Assembly: GCA_963786955.1 (NCBI GenBank)
Contig: CAWBAT010000006.1
Span: 192,001 to 256,000, forward strand
Origin: an uncultured Acidimicrobiia bacterium
Lineage (GTDB): Bacteria > Acidobacteriota > Terriglobia > Versatilivoradales > Versatilivoraceae
DNA length: 64,000 nucleotides
Reading direction: 5' to 3'
Notes under the pieces: model-generated
What the model was told of the DNA's origin: nothing
The model's input: the letters and a program-made list of their open reading frames with translations, nothing else
The model's database searches: none
Program-made: the position numbers and the translations under genes
Part shown: positions 22,701 to 33,843 of the stretch, piece by piece
Numbering within the stretch: the first letter of the stretch is position 1
Layout of the letters: each line of letters opens with the position of its first letter

Positions 22701-25700
22701 TCCGGTGGATCAAGTTCGGGTGGTTCCAGCTCAGGTGGATCTAGTTCTGGTGGATCTAGTTCTGGCGGATCGAGTTCGGGTGGGTCGAGTTCTGGAGGTT
22801 CAAGTTCCGGAGGCTCTAGCTCCGGTGGTTCTAGCTCCGGTGGATCCAGTTCTGGCGGATCGAGTTCGGGCGGATCGAGTTCGGGAGGGTCGAGTTCTGG
22901 AGGTTCAAGTTCCGGTGGATCCAGTTCCGGAGGCTCTAGCTCCGGCGGGTCCAGTTCTGGTGGATCGAGTTCGGGTGGGTCGAGTTCTGGAGGTTCAAGT
23001 TCCGGTGGATCCAGTTCCGGAGGCTCTAGCTCCGGCGGGTCCAGTTCGGGTGGATCAAGCTCGGGTGGATCGAGTTCTGGCGGATCGAGCTCGGGTGGGT
23101 CGAGTTCTGGAGGTTCAAGTTCCGGTGGATCAAGTTCGGGTGGTTCCAGCTCCGGTGGGTCCAGTTCTGGTGGATCGAGTTCTGGCGGATCGAGTTCGGG
23201 TGGGTCGAGTTCTGGAGGTTCAAGTTCCGGTGGATCCAGTTCCGGAGGCTCTAGCTCCGGCGGGTCCAGTTCTGGCGGTTCCAGCTCAGGCGGTTCCAGC
23301 TCAGGTGGATCGAGCTCAGGTGGATCGAGCTCAGGTGGATCGGCTTCCGGTGGCGGCTCCAGTTCCGGTGGATCAAGTTCGGGTGGTTCCAGCTCAGGTG
23401 GATCCAGCTCAGGCGGATCGGCTTCCGGTGGCGGCTCCAGTTCCGGTGGATCTAGTTCCGGTGGTTCCAGTTCCGGTGGTTCCAGCTCCGGTGGGTCCAG
23501 TTCGGGTGGATCTAGCTCGGGTGGATCTAGCTCGGGTGGATCGAGTTCTGGCGGATCGAGTTCGGGTGGGTCGAGTTCGGGAGGTTCAAGTTCCGGTGGA
23601 TCCAGTTCCGGAGGCTCTAGCTCCGGTGGTTCTAGCTCCGGTGGATCCAGTTCTGGCGGATCGAGCTCCGGCGGGTCCAGTTCGGGAGGCTCTAGCTCCG
23701 GTGGTTCCAGTTCAGGCGGTTCCAGCTCAGGTGGATCGAGCTCAGGTGGATCGAGTTCCGGTGGTTCGAGCTCCGGAGGCTCCAGTTCAGGTGGTTCGAG
23801 CTCCGGAGGCTCCAGTTCAGGTGGATCAAGTTCTGGCGGATCGAGCTCGGGTGGGTCCAGTTCGGGTGGATCAAGTTCGGGTGGTTCGAGCTCCGGTGGC
23901 TCCAGTTCAGGTGGTTCGAGCTCCGGCGGCTCCAGTTCAGGCGGATCGAGCTCGGGTGGGTCCAGTTCGGGCGGATCCAGTTCTGGCGGATCGAGCTCTG
24001 GTGGTTCGAGCTCTGGAGGCTCCAGTTCAGGTGGATCCAGCTCAGGCGGTTCCAGTTCGGGTGGATCGAGCTCGGGTGGGTCCAGTTCGGGCGGATCCAG
24101 TTCGGGTGGCTCAAGTTCCGGCGGTTCCAGCTCAGGTGGATCGAGCTCGGGTGGGTCCAGTTCGGGCGGATCCAGTTCGGGTGGCTCAAGTTCCGGCGGT
24201 TCCAGCTCAGGTGGATCGAGTTCAGGTGGATCGAGCTCAGGTGGATCCGCTTCCGGTGGCGGCTCCAGTTCCGGTGGATCAAGTTCGGGTGGTTCCAGCT
24301 CCGGTGGATCTAGCTCGGGCGGATCGGCTTCCGGTGGCGGTTCCAGTTCCGGTGGATCCAGTTCTGGCGGCTCGAGTTCCGGTGGATCAAGTTCGGGTGG
24401 TTCCAGTTCAGGTGGATCCAGCTCAGGTGGGTCCAGTTCGGGAGGTTCGAGCTCTGGTGGTTCGAGTTCCGGCGGCTCCAGTTCCGGTGGTTCCAGTTCA
24501 GGCGGATCGAGCTCAGGTGGTTCGAGTTCCGGAGGCTCCAGTTCCGGTGGTTCCAGTTCAGGCGGTTCGAGCTCAGGTGGATCGAGTTCCGGTGGTTCGA
24601 GCTCAGGTGGATCGAGTTCCGGTGGTTCGAGCTCCGGAGGCTCCAGTTCCGGCGGCTCCAGTTCAGGCGGTTCGAGCTCAGGTGGATCGAGTTCCGGTGG
24701 TTCGAGCTCCGGAGGCTCCAGTTCCGGCGGTTCCAGCTCAGGTGGATCGAGTTCAGGTGGATCGAGTTCAGGTGGATCGAGCTCGGGTGGTTCCAGCTCA
24801 GGGGGTTCCAGTTCGGGTGGTTCAAGTTCCGGCGGCTCTAGCTCCGGTGGTTCCAGCTCAGGCGGTTCCAGCTCAGGCGGTTCCAGCTCAGGCGGTTCCA
24901 GTTCGGGTGGTTCAAGTTCCGGCGGCTCTAGCTCCGGTGGTTCCAGCTCAGGCGGATCAAGTTCGGGCGGTTCCAGCTCCGGTGGCTCTAGCTCCGGTGG
25001 TTCCAGCTCAGGCGGATCAAGTTCGGGCGGTTCCAGCTCCGGTGGATCAAGTTCGGGCGGTTCCAGCTCGGGTGGTTCCAGTTCGGGTGGTTCAAGTTCC
25101 GGCGGCTCTAGCTCCGGTGGTTCCAGCTCAGGCGGATCAAGTTCGGGTGGATCTAGCTCGGGTGGATCGAGCTCAGGCGGTTCCAGCTCCGGTGGATCAA
25201 GTTCGGGCGGTTCCAGCTCGGGTGGTTCCAGTTCGGGTGGTTCAAGTTCCGGCGGCTCTAGCTCCGGTGGTTCCAGCTCAGGCGGATCAAGTTCGGGTGG
25301 ATCTAGCTCGGGTGGATCGAGCTCAGGCGGTTCCAGCTCGGGCGGGTCGAGTTCTGGAGGCTCCAGTTCAGGTGGATCGAGTTCCGGAGGCTCCAGTTCA
25401 GGTGGATCGAGCTCGGGCGGGTCGAGTTCTGGAGGTTCAAGCTCAGGCGGTTCCAGCTCCGGTGGATCGAGTTCAGGAGGCTCCAGTTCAGGTGGATCGA
25501 GCTCGGGCGGGTCGAGCTCGGGCGGGTCGAGTTCTGGAGGTTCAAGCTCAGGCGGCTCTAGCTCCGGTGGATCCAGCTCGGGTGGTTCGAGCTCTGGTGG
25601 TTCGAGCTCGGGTGGTTCCAGCTCAGGTGGATCTAGTTCCGGTGGATCCAGCTCTGGTGGATCCAGCTCGGGTGGTTCCAGCTCGGGTGGTTCCAGCTCA

Positions 25701-26075
25701 GGTGGATCTAGTTCCGGAGGCTCTAGCTCGGGCGGTTCCAGCTCGGGTGGTTCCAGCTCAGGTGGATCTAGCTCAGGTGGATCGAGCTCGGGCGGGTCGA
25801 GTTCTGGCGGTTCGAGCTCCGGTGGCTCCAGTTCCGGTGGTTCAAGTTCGGGCGGTTCCAGCTCGGGAGGATCCAGTTCGGGCGGATCTAGCTCGGGTGG
25901 GTCGAGTTCTGGAGGTTCAAGCTCAGGTGGATCGAGTTGTGGTGGATCGAGTTCTGGTGGATCTAGCTCGGGTGGCCCCCCCCATTCAGTCCCTGAGCCC
26001 AACAGCCTGATTCTCCTTACATCGGGATTGGGGAGCTATTTAGTCCACAAGTGGAGAAAAAAGAAGAAGCGTTAA
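19757..26075 (+). CDS. Giant PEP-CTERM-sorted surface protein (~2,100 aa): N-terminal TM/signal, globular domain, Pro-rich linker, ~360 GGSSS repeats; one extra base near 21416
   Basis: ORF 19757 (VYPFSVIVGG..YVSYR..IYWT..GEFLVTDG..ARTRCANRIS) enters (GGSSS)n. After +1 nt the frame runs to VPEPNSLILLTSGLGSYLVHKWRKKKKR* (PEP motif, TM helix, basic tail). Confidence 0.88.
20555..25976 (+). repeat. Coding tandem repeat, 15-bp unit GGN-GGN-TCN-AGY-TCN, ~5.4 kb
   Basis: Directly visible; 11 interspersed 18-bp GGSASG variant units. Confidence 0.98.
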
Positions 26076-26103
26076 TTACTTGGCCCCAAGATACTAATTC
26101 ATT

Positions 26104-26138
26104 GGCTGGACGCAAGTTGTCCAGCCTTTTATTTTTTT
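26104..26138 (+). terminator. Rho-independent terminator after the PEP-CTERM gene
   Basis: GGCTGGAC-7 nt-GTCCAGCC followed by TTTTATTTTTTT. Confidence 0.85.
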
Positions 26139-26350
26139 GGGAGCTATTTAGCGCTGCGAAAACTTAGCTTCTCTACGCCACATTCCTTCAAACTTGATAA
26201 CTTGTATCCGTTTGATCATTTGTGGCGGTAATGGTCACAAACCAACGGGAGGTGTTTTTTTCATCCATGAATATTTATAAAGTTTTTCTAATGACATACC
26301 GAAAGGAATAAGTCGTACAGAATCTTCACCCTCGTTGGGGGATTTGTTCC

Positions 26351-27505
26351 ATGAGTAATGGGTCAGAGGTATTAACACAAAACATACGAAGCGTGGCCAT
26401 GCCAAACATTTTTGTGCGCTTTCGCGCGTACTTTTCGGGCGTCGCCTTATATGGTATGGCTATTGCGATCTATTCCTTCCTCCCCTACTACCGGGGCTTC
26501 ATCTCCCGTTCGGATTTAGACATCAGTTACTTGCCCGACATTCTCCGGCACACCCTTGGGGTGGCCCTTGCGGTATTGGGTGCAAATACTTATGGACTGA
26601 TCATACATTGTTATATTGGCTACGTTGTTATCGGCTGCTTTTGGTTCCTCTTTTACCCTAGGGCTCGCGAAAATACTCGGACGGTAATTTTCTGGCGCGT
26701 GGCCGGCCGAACCATGAGAGGCTGGCGAGACTTGTTTATGAACCGCAGTATGGCCGTTCCACCCGAGACACAACTTTCGAAAGAGGAAAAGTCAACAATG
26801 CTGTTTTTCCTCGTCAAGTTTTTTTTCGTTCCCGTTATGGTTAACTTTTTTTTCGCCAACCTGGGCACATTTCTCAAAAGCGGGCACAGTCTCCTCTTTG
26901 CGCCCCTGGCGGATTCTGGGGAGGGCAGTAATCGGCTCTTATACTTCACGGTTCTCAATTTCATGCTCATTGTTGACACTGGATTTTTTGTATTCGGTTA
27001 TCTTTTTGAATTTGAGTTGTGGGGGAATGAGTTACGTTCCACAGAGTCAACCATTTTCGGCTGGGTGGTAACCCTGGCCTGCTACCCGCCGCTTAACGGC
27101 CTTGTGACTCATGAGATTGGATGGGGTTCAAGCGACTATGCCGTTTTCCCATCGCCCTTGGCAGCCTCTGTAACCGTGACCGTGAGTCTCGCCCTCTTCT
27201 TCGTCTACACTTGGGCCACGGTGTCATTAGGGCTCAAAGCGAGTAACTTAACTAACCGCGGCATCGTCAAAACCGGGCCATACGCCTATGTCCGTCACCC
27301 GGCTTACATTACCAAAAATCTGCACTGGTTGGTAATGGGCCTGCCACTGATTGCCGTCAATTGGGTCGCTGCCCTCTCGATTCCCGGCTGGGAAGCGATC
27401 TACTTCCTCCGCGCCGTTACGGAAGAACGGCACCTGCTGGCCGACCCTCAATACCAAACCTATTGCAAGAAAGTTCCCTACCGCTTTATCCCAGGGGTTA
27501 TTTGA
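26351..27505 (+). CDS. Multi-TM isoprenylcysteine carboxyl methyltransferase (ICMT/PEMT)-family protein
   Basis: C-terminal SNLTNRGIVKTGPYAYVRHPAY..RAVTEERHL..Y..YCKKVPYRFIPG. Confidence 0.8.
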   Translation: MSNGSEVLTQNIRSVAMPNIFVRFRAYFSGVALYGMAIAIYSFLPYYRGFISRSDLDISYLPDILRHTLGVALAVLGANTYGLIIHCYIGYVVIGCFWFLFYPRARENTRTVIFWRVAGRTMRGWRDLFMNRSMAVPPETQLSKEEKSTMLFFLVKFFFVPVMVNFFFANLGTFLKSGHSLLFAPLADSGEGSNRLLYFTVLNFMLIVDTGFFVFGYLFEFELWGNELRSTESTIFGWVVTLACYPPLNGLVTHEIGWGSSDYAVFPSPLAASVTVTVSLALFFVYTWATVSLGLKASNLTNRGIVKTGPYAYVRHPAYITKNLHWLVMGLPLIAVNWVAALSIPGWEAIYFLRAVTEERHLLADPQYQTYCKKVPYRFIPGVI

Positions 27506-27738
27506 CAAGAGTCAGGCGGTCATCTCACGCCCAACAAGTTTTTCAAAAACTAGTTTTCGTTGAAAATCTACAGTTTCTCATTTTCCCTCCCACCGAAATT
27601 CATCCACCTTTTCCTCTACTCTCCCGAACGAATATTTGCCACTAACGGCCTCCGAGGTTGAACTTGCTATTCCCCCGGGTTTGTAGAATAATTCAGTAAC
27701 ATTCAGGCTAAGCGGCTAGAGTGGTTCTTCAGTGGGAC

Positions 27739-28677
27739 ATGACCTTGGCAATGATAAGAACGAATATTCGATTTTCCAGACATCCAGACTGGTTGCGAGT
27801 TCGCTTCCCGGGCGGTGAGAATTTCCACGATTTGAAGCGCTTGTCAAGAATCACTCTTTACATACTGTCTGTGAGAGCGCCCAATGCCCGAATATTGGTG
27901 AATGCTGGGACAAAGGGAACGGCTACTTTCATGATCCTGGGGAATATTTGCACCCGGCGCTGTGGTTTTTGTGCCGTCACAACCGGACGGCCCCTTAATT
28001 ACGACCGGGATGAGCCCTTGCGCGTAGCCAGAGCCGTCCAGATCTTAAACTACGACATGCCGTCATTACATCGGTGGATCGCGATGACCTCGAAGATGAA
28101 GGCTCTCATGTCTTTGCAGAGACGATCCGCAGGATCCACGAAATCAATCCTGCCACAAAAGTCGAAGTACTGGTTCCGGACTTCAAGTCATCTCTAAGAA
28201 ATCTTGAAATTGTCATCAAGGCGGCCCCAGACGTATTGGCCCATAATCTGGATACTGTTCCGCGCCTTTACCCCAAAGTTAAACCAAAATCCTCTTACAA
28301 ACTCCTTGGAGCTGTTACGACACACGAAGAGGATGTCAGCCACAATGACCACAAAAGCGGGTTTCATGCTGGGTTTAGGGGAGGAGATTGAAGAAATTTA
28401 TGAGGGCATGGATGACGTTCTAGAGGCAGGAGTCGATATTTTGACGATCGGCCAGTATCTGAGGCCCTCTTTGAAACATCTTCCGCTTTTAAAGCATTAT
28501 CATCCCGACGAGTTTAAGGAATTGAAGCAAATCGGCGAACGCAAAGGGATCCCCCACGTTGAATCCGGGCCTCTGGTTCGAAGTTCCTATCATGCCGCCG
28601 AGCAAGTAGATGAATTGCTGGATCGGAGTGTTTCAAATCTTTTTCCTATTTTTCCAGCCGAACCATCAACCCATTAA
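27739..28677 (+). CDS. lipA: Lipoyl synthase; frameshifted
   Basis: [57 protein letters not shown]. Confidence 0.95.
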
Positions 28678-29305
28678 GATCAAGTTTTCGAAGATCATTC
28701 CTTGTTTGTAGGGCTTCCTGCTCGTTTTTGAATCTACCGACCATCACACGGAACAACTTTCCGTCATGACTCTTGTACTCTTCCACCAAGACAGGCGAAT
28801 ACTTTTGACTGAGTTCCCGTTGCAACTTGATGGCATTGCCTTTCTCCCGGAATGATCCAACCTGGATCGAAATCGGATAAGGATTCGGAACCACCTTCAG
28901 AAGCTCCAAGCGTACCTTCGCCGTCCCTGGCCCAACCATGTCAATCGTACGAGCGGAAGCATAGGAAAGATCAATGATTCGATCTTTCACAAAGGGACCT
29001 CGATCATTAATCCTGACTGTAACTTCCTTCCCGTTCTCAAGATTATTGACCTTTACGACTGTATCGAAGGCCAGCGTGCGATGCGCTGCCGTCATTTCAA
29101 ATTTATTGTAAATTTCCCCATTCGACGTACGTCGCCCATGATACGGATCTCCATACCAAGAAGCATAACCGACCGGCTCTTCAAGCGTTCCGCTGCCCGA
29201 TGCGGGAGCCGTGTCAACCGGGAGGGCTCACATGAACCTTTTTCTTGTGCAGCCGATGGGAAGTCCGCAAAGCAATAACGAAATCAGGAGAACAATTTTT
29301 TTCAT
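28646..29305 (-). CDS. rlpA: Septal ring lytic transglycosylase RlpA lipoprotein with SPOR domain; frameshifted
   Basis: Lipobox [48 protein letters not shown] domain. Confidence 0.92.
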
Positions 29306-29411
29306 CGTTCATGGAAGTGTTTACGGTTAGAAGGGAGACAAGCTGTGGTGCCTTAGCGTAATCCGGGTGGGGGCGAGTGAACGAGATCAACAGACGAAAC
29401 CCAATTCCCAA

Positions 29412-31224
29412 TTAGGTATTGTCGGCAAATGGGAGCGTGAATGAAAAAGTACTCCCAACATTGAGCTCACTTTCAACCCAAATCTTCCCTGAATGGGCTT
29501 CAACCATCTGCTTGACGATGTACAGACCTAAACCTGTTCCACGAATATGGCGAGAAGCCTCATTCTTGATCCGATAGAATTTCTTGAAAAGATTCGGCAT
29601 CTCTTCCTCGGGAATCCCAAACCCGTGATCCTGCACACTGACCACAACACAGCGTGCAGATCCAATCCGGTTGAGTCGAGATGACGATTTCTTTCCCCGC
29701 GTTCGAATACTTGATGGCATTGGTGATCAAATTGTCCAGAATTTCGTGCAATCTGAGCTTGTCTGCCCGCACCTTCGGAAGGTCCTTGGCGAAGTTTCTT
29801 TGCGATGGGAGTTTCATGTTGGTGGATGGCAGCCAAGATTCTCTATCGGGTAGACAAGATCTACGTCTTCCAAGTTCAATTCGATGATTCCAGACTCAAT
29901 CTTCGAGATCGCCAGAGTATCTTCGATTAAGCGCGCCATCATTCGGGTCTGGGAAACGATCTCCTGTAAGATGGAGCTCCAGTTTTCACCTAATCGATTC
30001 GGACCATCCATCAGAATCTCCGCATATCCCGAGATGACGGTAAGCGGGGATTTCAGATCATGGGAAATAATATGTAGCAAGTCCGATTTCAGGTTGCTTA
30101 GTTTCTTGAGTTGCTCGTTGGCATCATTGATTTGTCCGAAGAGGTTCCCATTGTGCAATGAGATCGATGCCAGGTTAGCCAAAGCCTGACAAATTCCCAC
30201 CTCCTTTTCCGCTAAAAGAGCGTCGGAATCCAAATTTGTTGACGACGATAAACCCAACCAGCGCTTCCTTGGCAATCAATGGAATGACCAGAAACGGTGT
30301 CGGTTCCGTCGATTTCAGTTGGTCCGCAACATTTCTGGGAAGAATGCTGCTTTCCGTATTAAACGTCACCGTAGCCTTGCGCGACATCAAGGGTTCAGAC
30401 AATTCAGGATGTTCTGATATTCGAATATTGAAAACGGAGTAATTCTTATTTTCAATGCTCGCCTTGCTATAATAGCGCTTAAGTGTTGCCCGTTCCTGAT
30501 CCTGGCATTGAATGACAGCAAGCCGCGAGTCGGGGATAATCTCCATGAGTCGGTAGGCCAACCCATCGATAATCGAATTTAATTCAAGCGAAGAATTCAA
30601 GTCTTTGCTGGAATCAAGCAGTAGTCCCAAATCCCGTTGCGTTTGATTGACCTCACTAAAAAGCCGGCCATTTTCAATCGCGATCCCCAATTGGCCTGCG
30701 ACAGTCTGAATTTCAGAGATTTGGACAGATCGCATACTTATCGACAAGTCACAAGCGACATATAGAACCGCAAAGGGCTCTCCCGCAATATTAACTGGAA
30801 CATAGACTTCCCGCACAGCCTGGCCGACTAAGCGTTTCATCCAGATTTTCTTTGGAGACGGCCACAATTTGTACTTCCCCTGTCCGGGCACATTTCCCCA
30901 GTAGACCGGTATTCAGATTTTTTCTGAAATGTGCCGGTATCATTCCGATAAATTCTCCACTCTGGGCCTTCAAGACCAGATCGGAATACTGGTAATCAAT
31001 CAAGAAGACGGCAACATGCCGGAATCCCATAGCAAAGCGGATCGCGTCAACTGCCACTTTGTAAATCTCATCCTGGTCTAGAGCAGAAAGCACCACGCGA
31101 CCAATCTCGTTGAAAAGATTCAGTCTCCGCAGAGATTTCTGCCTCGATACGCCGTTCTTCTTCACTGATCGCAGGAGGATGAGTTGATTCTCCCGAAAAT
31201 GTCATATTCGTTCATATCGTCCAT
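29412..31224 (-). CDS. Cytoplasmic tandem-GAF sensor histidine kinase; multiple frameshifts
   Basis: Two GAF domains ([23 protein letters not shown]), H-box [31 protein letters not shown]. Confidence 0.88.
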
Positions 31225-31501
31225 CGACGCTAATTTGCCGACTGAAAAAACACTTTCCCCTTAACCTTCTTCTCTGCCTTTTCTATATAAGACATTAGCA
31301 CTTTTTGACCGTATCCCAAAATCTCTGAGGGTGTTGGGGCTTCCGCCCCAAAATCCCCTTTAGTTTCGGATACTCTTACACTTTTCTATCTTTAACTCAA
31401 CGGAAATGGAATCAAGTCCCGTTTCCTCATCGACAAGAGAGGCCGACACCCTTTCAAATGAATGAGGATCCTACGATCGCATCTCCACTTTTCGCAATGG
31501 G

Positions 31502-33280
31502 CTATTGGTCAAACTCTCGGCGCCAAAATGCCTCGAGTTTTTCTTGCTTGTCTAGGTCTGATAGACGGTTGGTTTCGAGCCTACAATAGGTTTCACGACC
31601 CAGGCGATCTTTGATCTTTTGCACTTCGCCGCTTCGTTCAATAAGCAGCGTAAATTCATCCCCCGGCTGCATCTCACTCCGGCACTTGACTAAATCAACC
31701 GGTCTCAGGATCCGTTGATTATTAATCGAGATAATTTTGTCACCCACCCAAAGTCTTCTGTCGTCCCCCTCCGGCTTTACTTTGATCCGCTCAACCTGAA
31801 AATTTTCATTGAGGTCAAATGACCAGCCCCCCAATTCCTTCATTTCAAATACCAGTCCAAAAGGCTTCAACCTTTTAGAAAGGTCATCGGTGTCACCCTT
31901 GGGGAAGACAAATCTCTGCTGGATGAGAAATCCTGTATCGTGCAAAAGACTCCGAGGGGGATCGCCTTCTACGATTTTTTCAAAGACCACAGAGTTCGTT
32001 TTCGAACTGATCAGCTGCTCCAAGGAATTCGTCGATCTCCCATAAAACCCCAGCAGCAAATCGAGGAGAAAAAGATTTGAGATCTTTTCCTCTTTGTTTA
32101 AGGCAACTCGAGCTACAGTCTTCCGGGACAGAGCATTGGATCGTTTGGGAGAGCGACTGCCCGCTTCTGAGGTCATTCCAAACCCCACCGCGATTGCTTG
32201 GAGGAACTGTTCTTTGGACAGGGCTCCCGTCTTCAAGTCAGTCTTGAGTAAAAGGTATTCCAATATGAATGATTCTGCCGTTGACTCTCTTGAATTTCGA
32301 AGACTTGGGAAAAAACATTGCACGAGGCCTCTTGACACTTCACGGCGGAATGTCCCTTCGAATTCTGCAGCCTTTAAGCCCGAAGTCGGCGCTAAAGCAA
32401 CAAAACCAAGTGAATTTTCAAGGGTCACGATTTTCAACTCCCCCACTTTCTTGGTTGATTCAAGCAGCGCAATGAAAAGGGATTCCCTTTTTGCATCCTG
32501 ATATGTCTTCTCTTGAAACAAAATCTGACGCTGCAGAATGCCAATAATCTTCTCTTCAACTACCTCCCATCCAGGTTCAATGACCAAAGTGACTTCGGTC
32601 TGACCAAAAGTGCGCTGTTGCCCGGCAGCCACCCCAAGATAAAACATGCCATCCTGCCTGCCGCCCATGACAAACAGCCCCTTCCCCGTGTTCTTTACAT
32701 TTGTCTCGACGATCCAAGCTGGAGGCAATTCAAAGGAGATTGACGCGCGCACTTCGCGTTGACCGATTCCCAGCAAAAGGTCTGAAGCATAAATGAGGCA
32801 TCGTTTCCCGTCCCCAAAGCTATGCCGATCACCGGAAAGACGGTCACTGAGGCTAATCTGGTACTTCACCGATACGGTTTCGGAAGGTTTTCCTCTCAGG
32901 AGGATATTTCGTCCCAACGGCCCGTCTGATGATTCTTGAACTGCCTCTGCTTCCTTCTCGTCCCCTCCTTCAACAGTCAAGAGTTCGAGTTCCGTGACAT
33001 GAGAATCGGGAAGCACAAGTCGGATTTCTTCGGCAGGTAGTCCCTGAATCTTGGCGCGGATCTTGAGTTTGTGGCTAGCGGCATTTTCACATTCGACAAT
33101 GTAATTCACTCGAATGGAACTAGCCGCAAGCGATAAGGGAGGAAATAGGATCAGCCCTAAAACACAGGTCTGAATCGTGAATGGTGGCCGGGATTTCTTA
33201 AACTTTTTCTTTTCGAGCAGCAGGGGTTTCAGACTCACACCGATCTTAAGAAAGATCGGGGAAAAAGGTGGGTTCCGCAA
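31502..33280 (-). CDS. M61-peptidase-like secreted protein with C-terminal PDZ domain; no HExxH found
   Basis: N-terminal beta domain (FELPPAW.V.T) and PDZ (LWVGDKIISINN..MQPGDEFTLLIERSGE). True start probably downstream of the ORF start. Confidence 0.55.
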   Translation of the reverse strand: MRNPPFSPIFLKIGVSLKPLLLEKKKFKKSRPPFTIQTCVLGLILFPPLSLAASSIRVNYIVECENAASHKLKIRAKIQGLPAEEIRLVLPDSHVTELELLTVEGGDEKEAEAVQESSDGPLGRNILLRGKPSETVSVKYQISLSDRLSGDRHSFGDGKRCLIYASDLLLGIGQREVRASISFELPPAWIVETNVKNTGKGLFVMGGRQDGMFYLGVAAGQQRTFGQTEVTLVIEPGWEVVEEKIIGILQRQILFQEKTYQDAKRESLFIALLESTKKVGELKIVTLENSLGFVALAPTSGLKAAEFEGTFRREVSRGLVQCFFPSLRNSRESTAESFILEYLLLKTDLKTGALSKEQFLQAIAVGFGMTSEAGSRSPKRSNALSRKTVARVALNKEEKISNLFLLDLLLGFYGRSTNSLEQLISSKTNSVVFEKIVEGDPPRSLLHDTGFLIQQRFVFPKGDTDDLSKRLKPFGLVFEMKELGGWSFDLNENFQVERIKVKPEGDDRRLWVGDKIISINNQRILRPVDLVKCRSEMQPGDEFTLLIERSGEVQKIKDRLGRETYCRLETNRLSDLDKQEKLEAFWRREFDQ

Positions 33281-33392
33281 TTTGGAAGAACAACCTATGA
33301 AAATAAAAGCTACACCGCGACAAATTTATCGCAGTCTCTAGCAACAAAGTTGATTCTTGACAGGAAGAAGCACGACTTCTCGAAGCTCGCTC

Positions 33393-33629
33393 TCACGCTC
33401 TAGAGTCATCGGACCCCCAATTGTAAAGCAACCCCTGGCGGCGATTGAATTCCCGTTTTCTTTCTTCCAGGTCAGTTAAAGCATTAATGAATTCAAGAAC
33501 CTTTTCTTTTCCGTCCTGCGACAACATGTCGAGGTGGCTTATGATAACGTCCTTTAATTGTTCTTCAAATCGCTGCCCCGGAGTTTGAATTGGAGAAGAT
33601 GTCTCGCGGCTATGTTTCTGAATTTCCAT
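33393..33629 (-). CDS. Small hypothetical protein, DUF2281-like
   Basis: LDMLSQDGKEKVLEFINAL resembles DUF2281 helices; SD-like GAGAG upstream. Confidence 0.45.
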   Translation of the reverse strand: MEIQKHSRETSSPIQTPGQRFEEQLKDVIISHLDMLSQDGKEKVLEFINALTDLEERKREFNRRQGLLYNWGSDDSRA

Positions 33630-33843
33630 TTTACTCTCTCAGGCACGAGGAATTAAAGGTGAGCTTCTTTGAAAGACTGTGGAGAATATAGACTCAAAGA
33701 TTGAATTAGGCAATATCTTTTTCGGCATACAAAAAACCATTTTTCTCTTGATTTTTGGGACCCCTCTCCTCTCACAGGGGTCGCTTGACAGCGACTGCAC
33801 TCTCGTTCTGTTTCCCTTCAAAAGCCTTTTCCAACAACTCTCT

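Noticed and set aside
20555-25976. CRISPR array, synthetic linker or pure assembly artefact
   Set aside because: There are no unique spacers, the array is in frame with natural N- and C-terminal domains, and it has rich synonymous variation. Only its exact length is uncertain.
21368-26002. 1,544-aa antisense ORF (LEPPE/LDPPE)n and the long V/P/A/R alternative-frame ORFs
   Set aside because: Automatic consequence of the GGN-GGN-TCN-AGY-TCN pattern. Wobble changes are synonymous in the GGSSS frame, which is also the one ending in PEP-CTERM.
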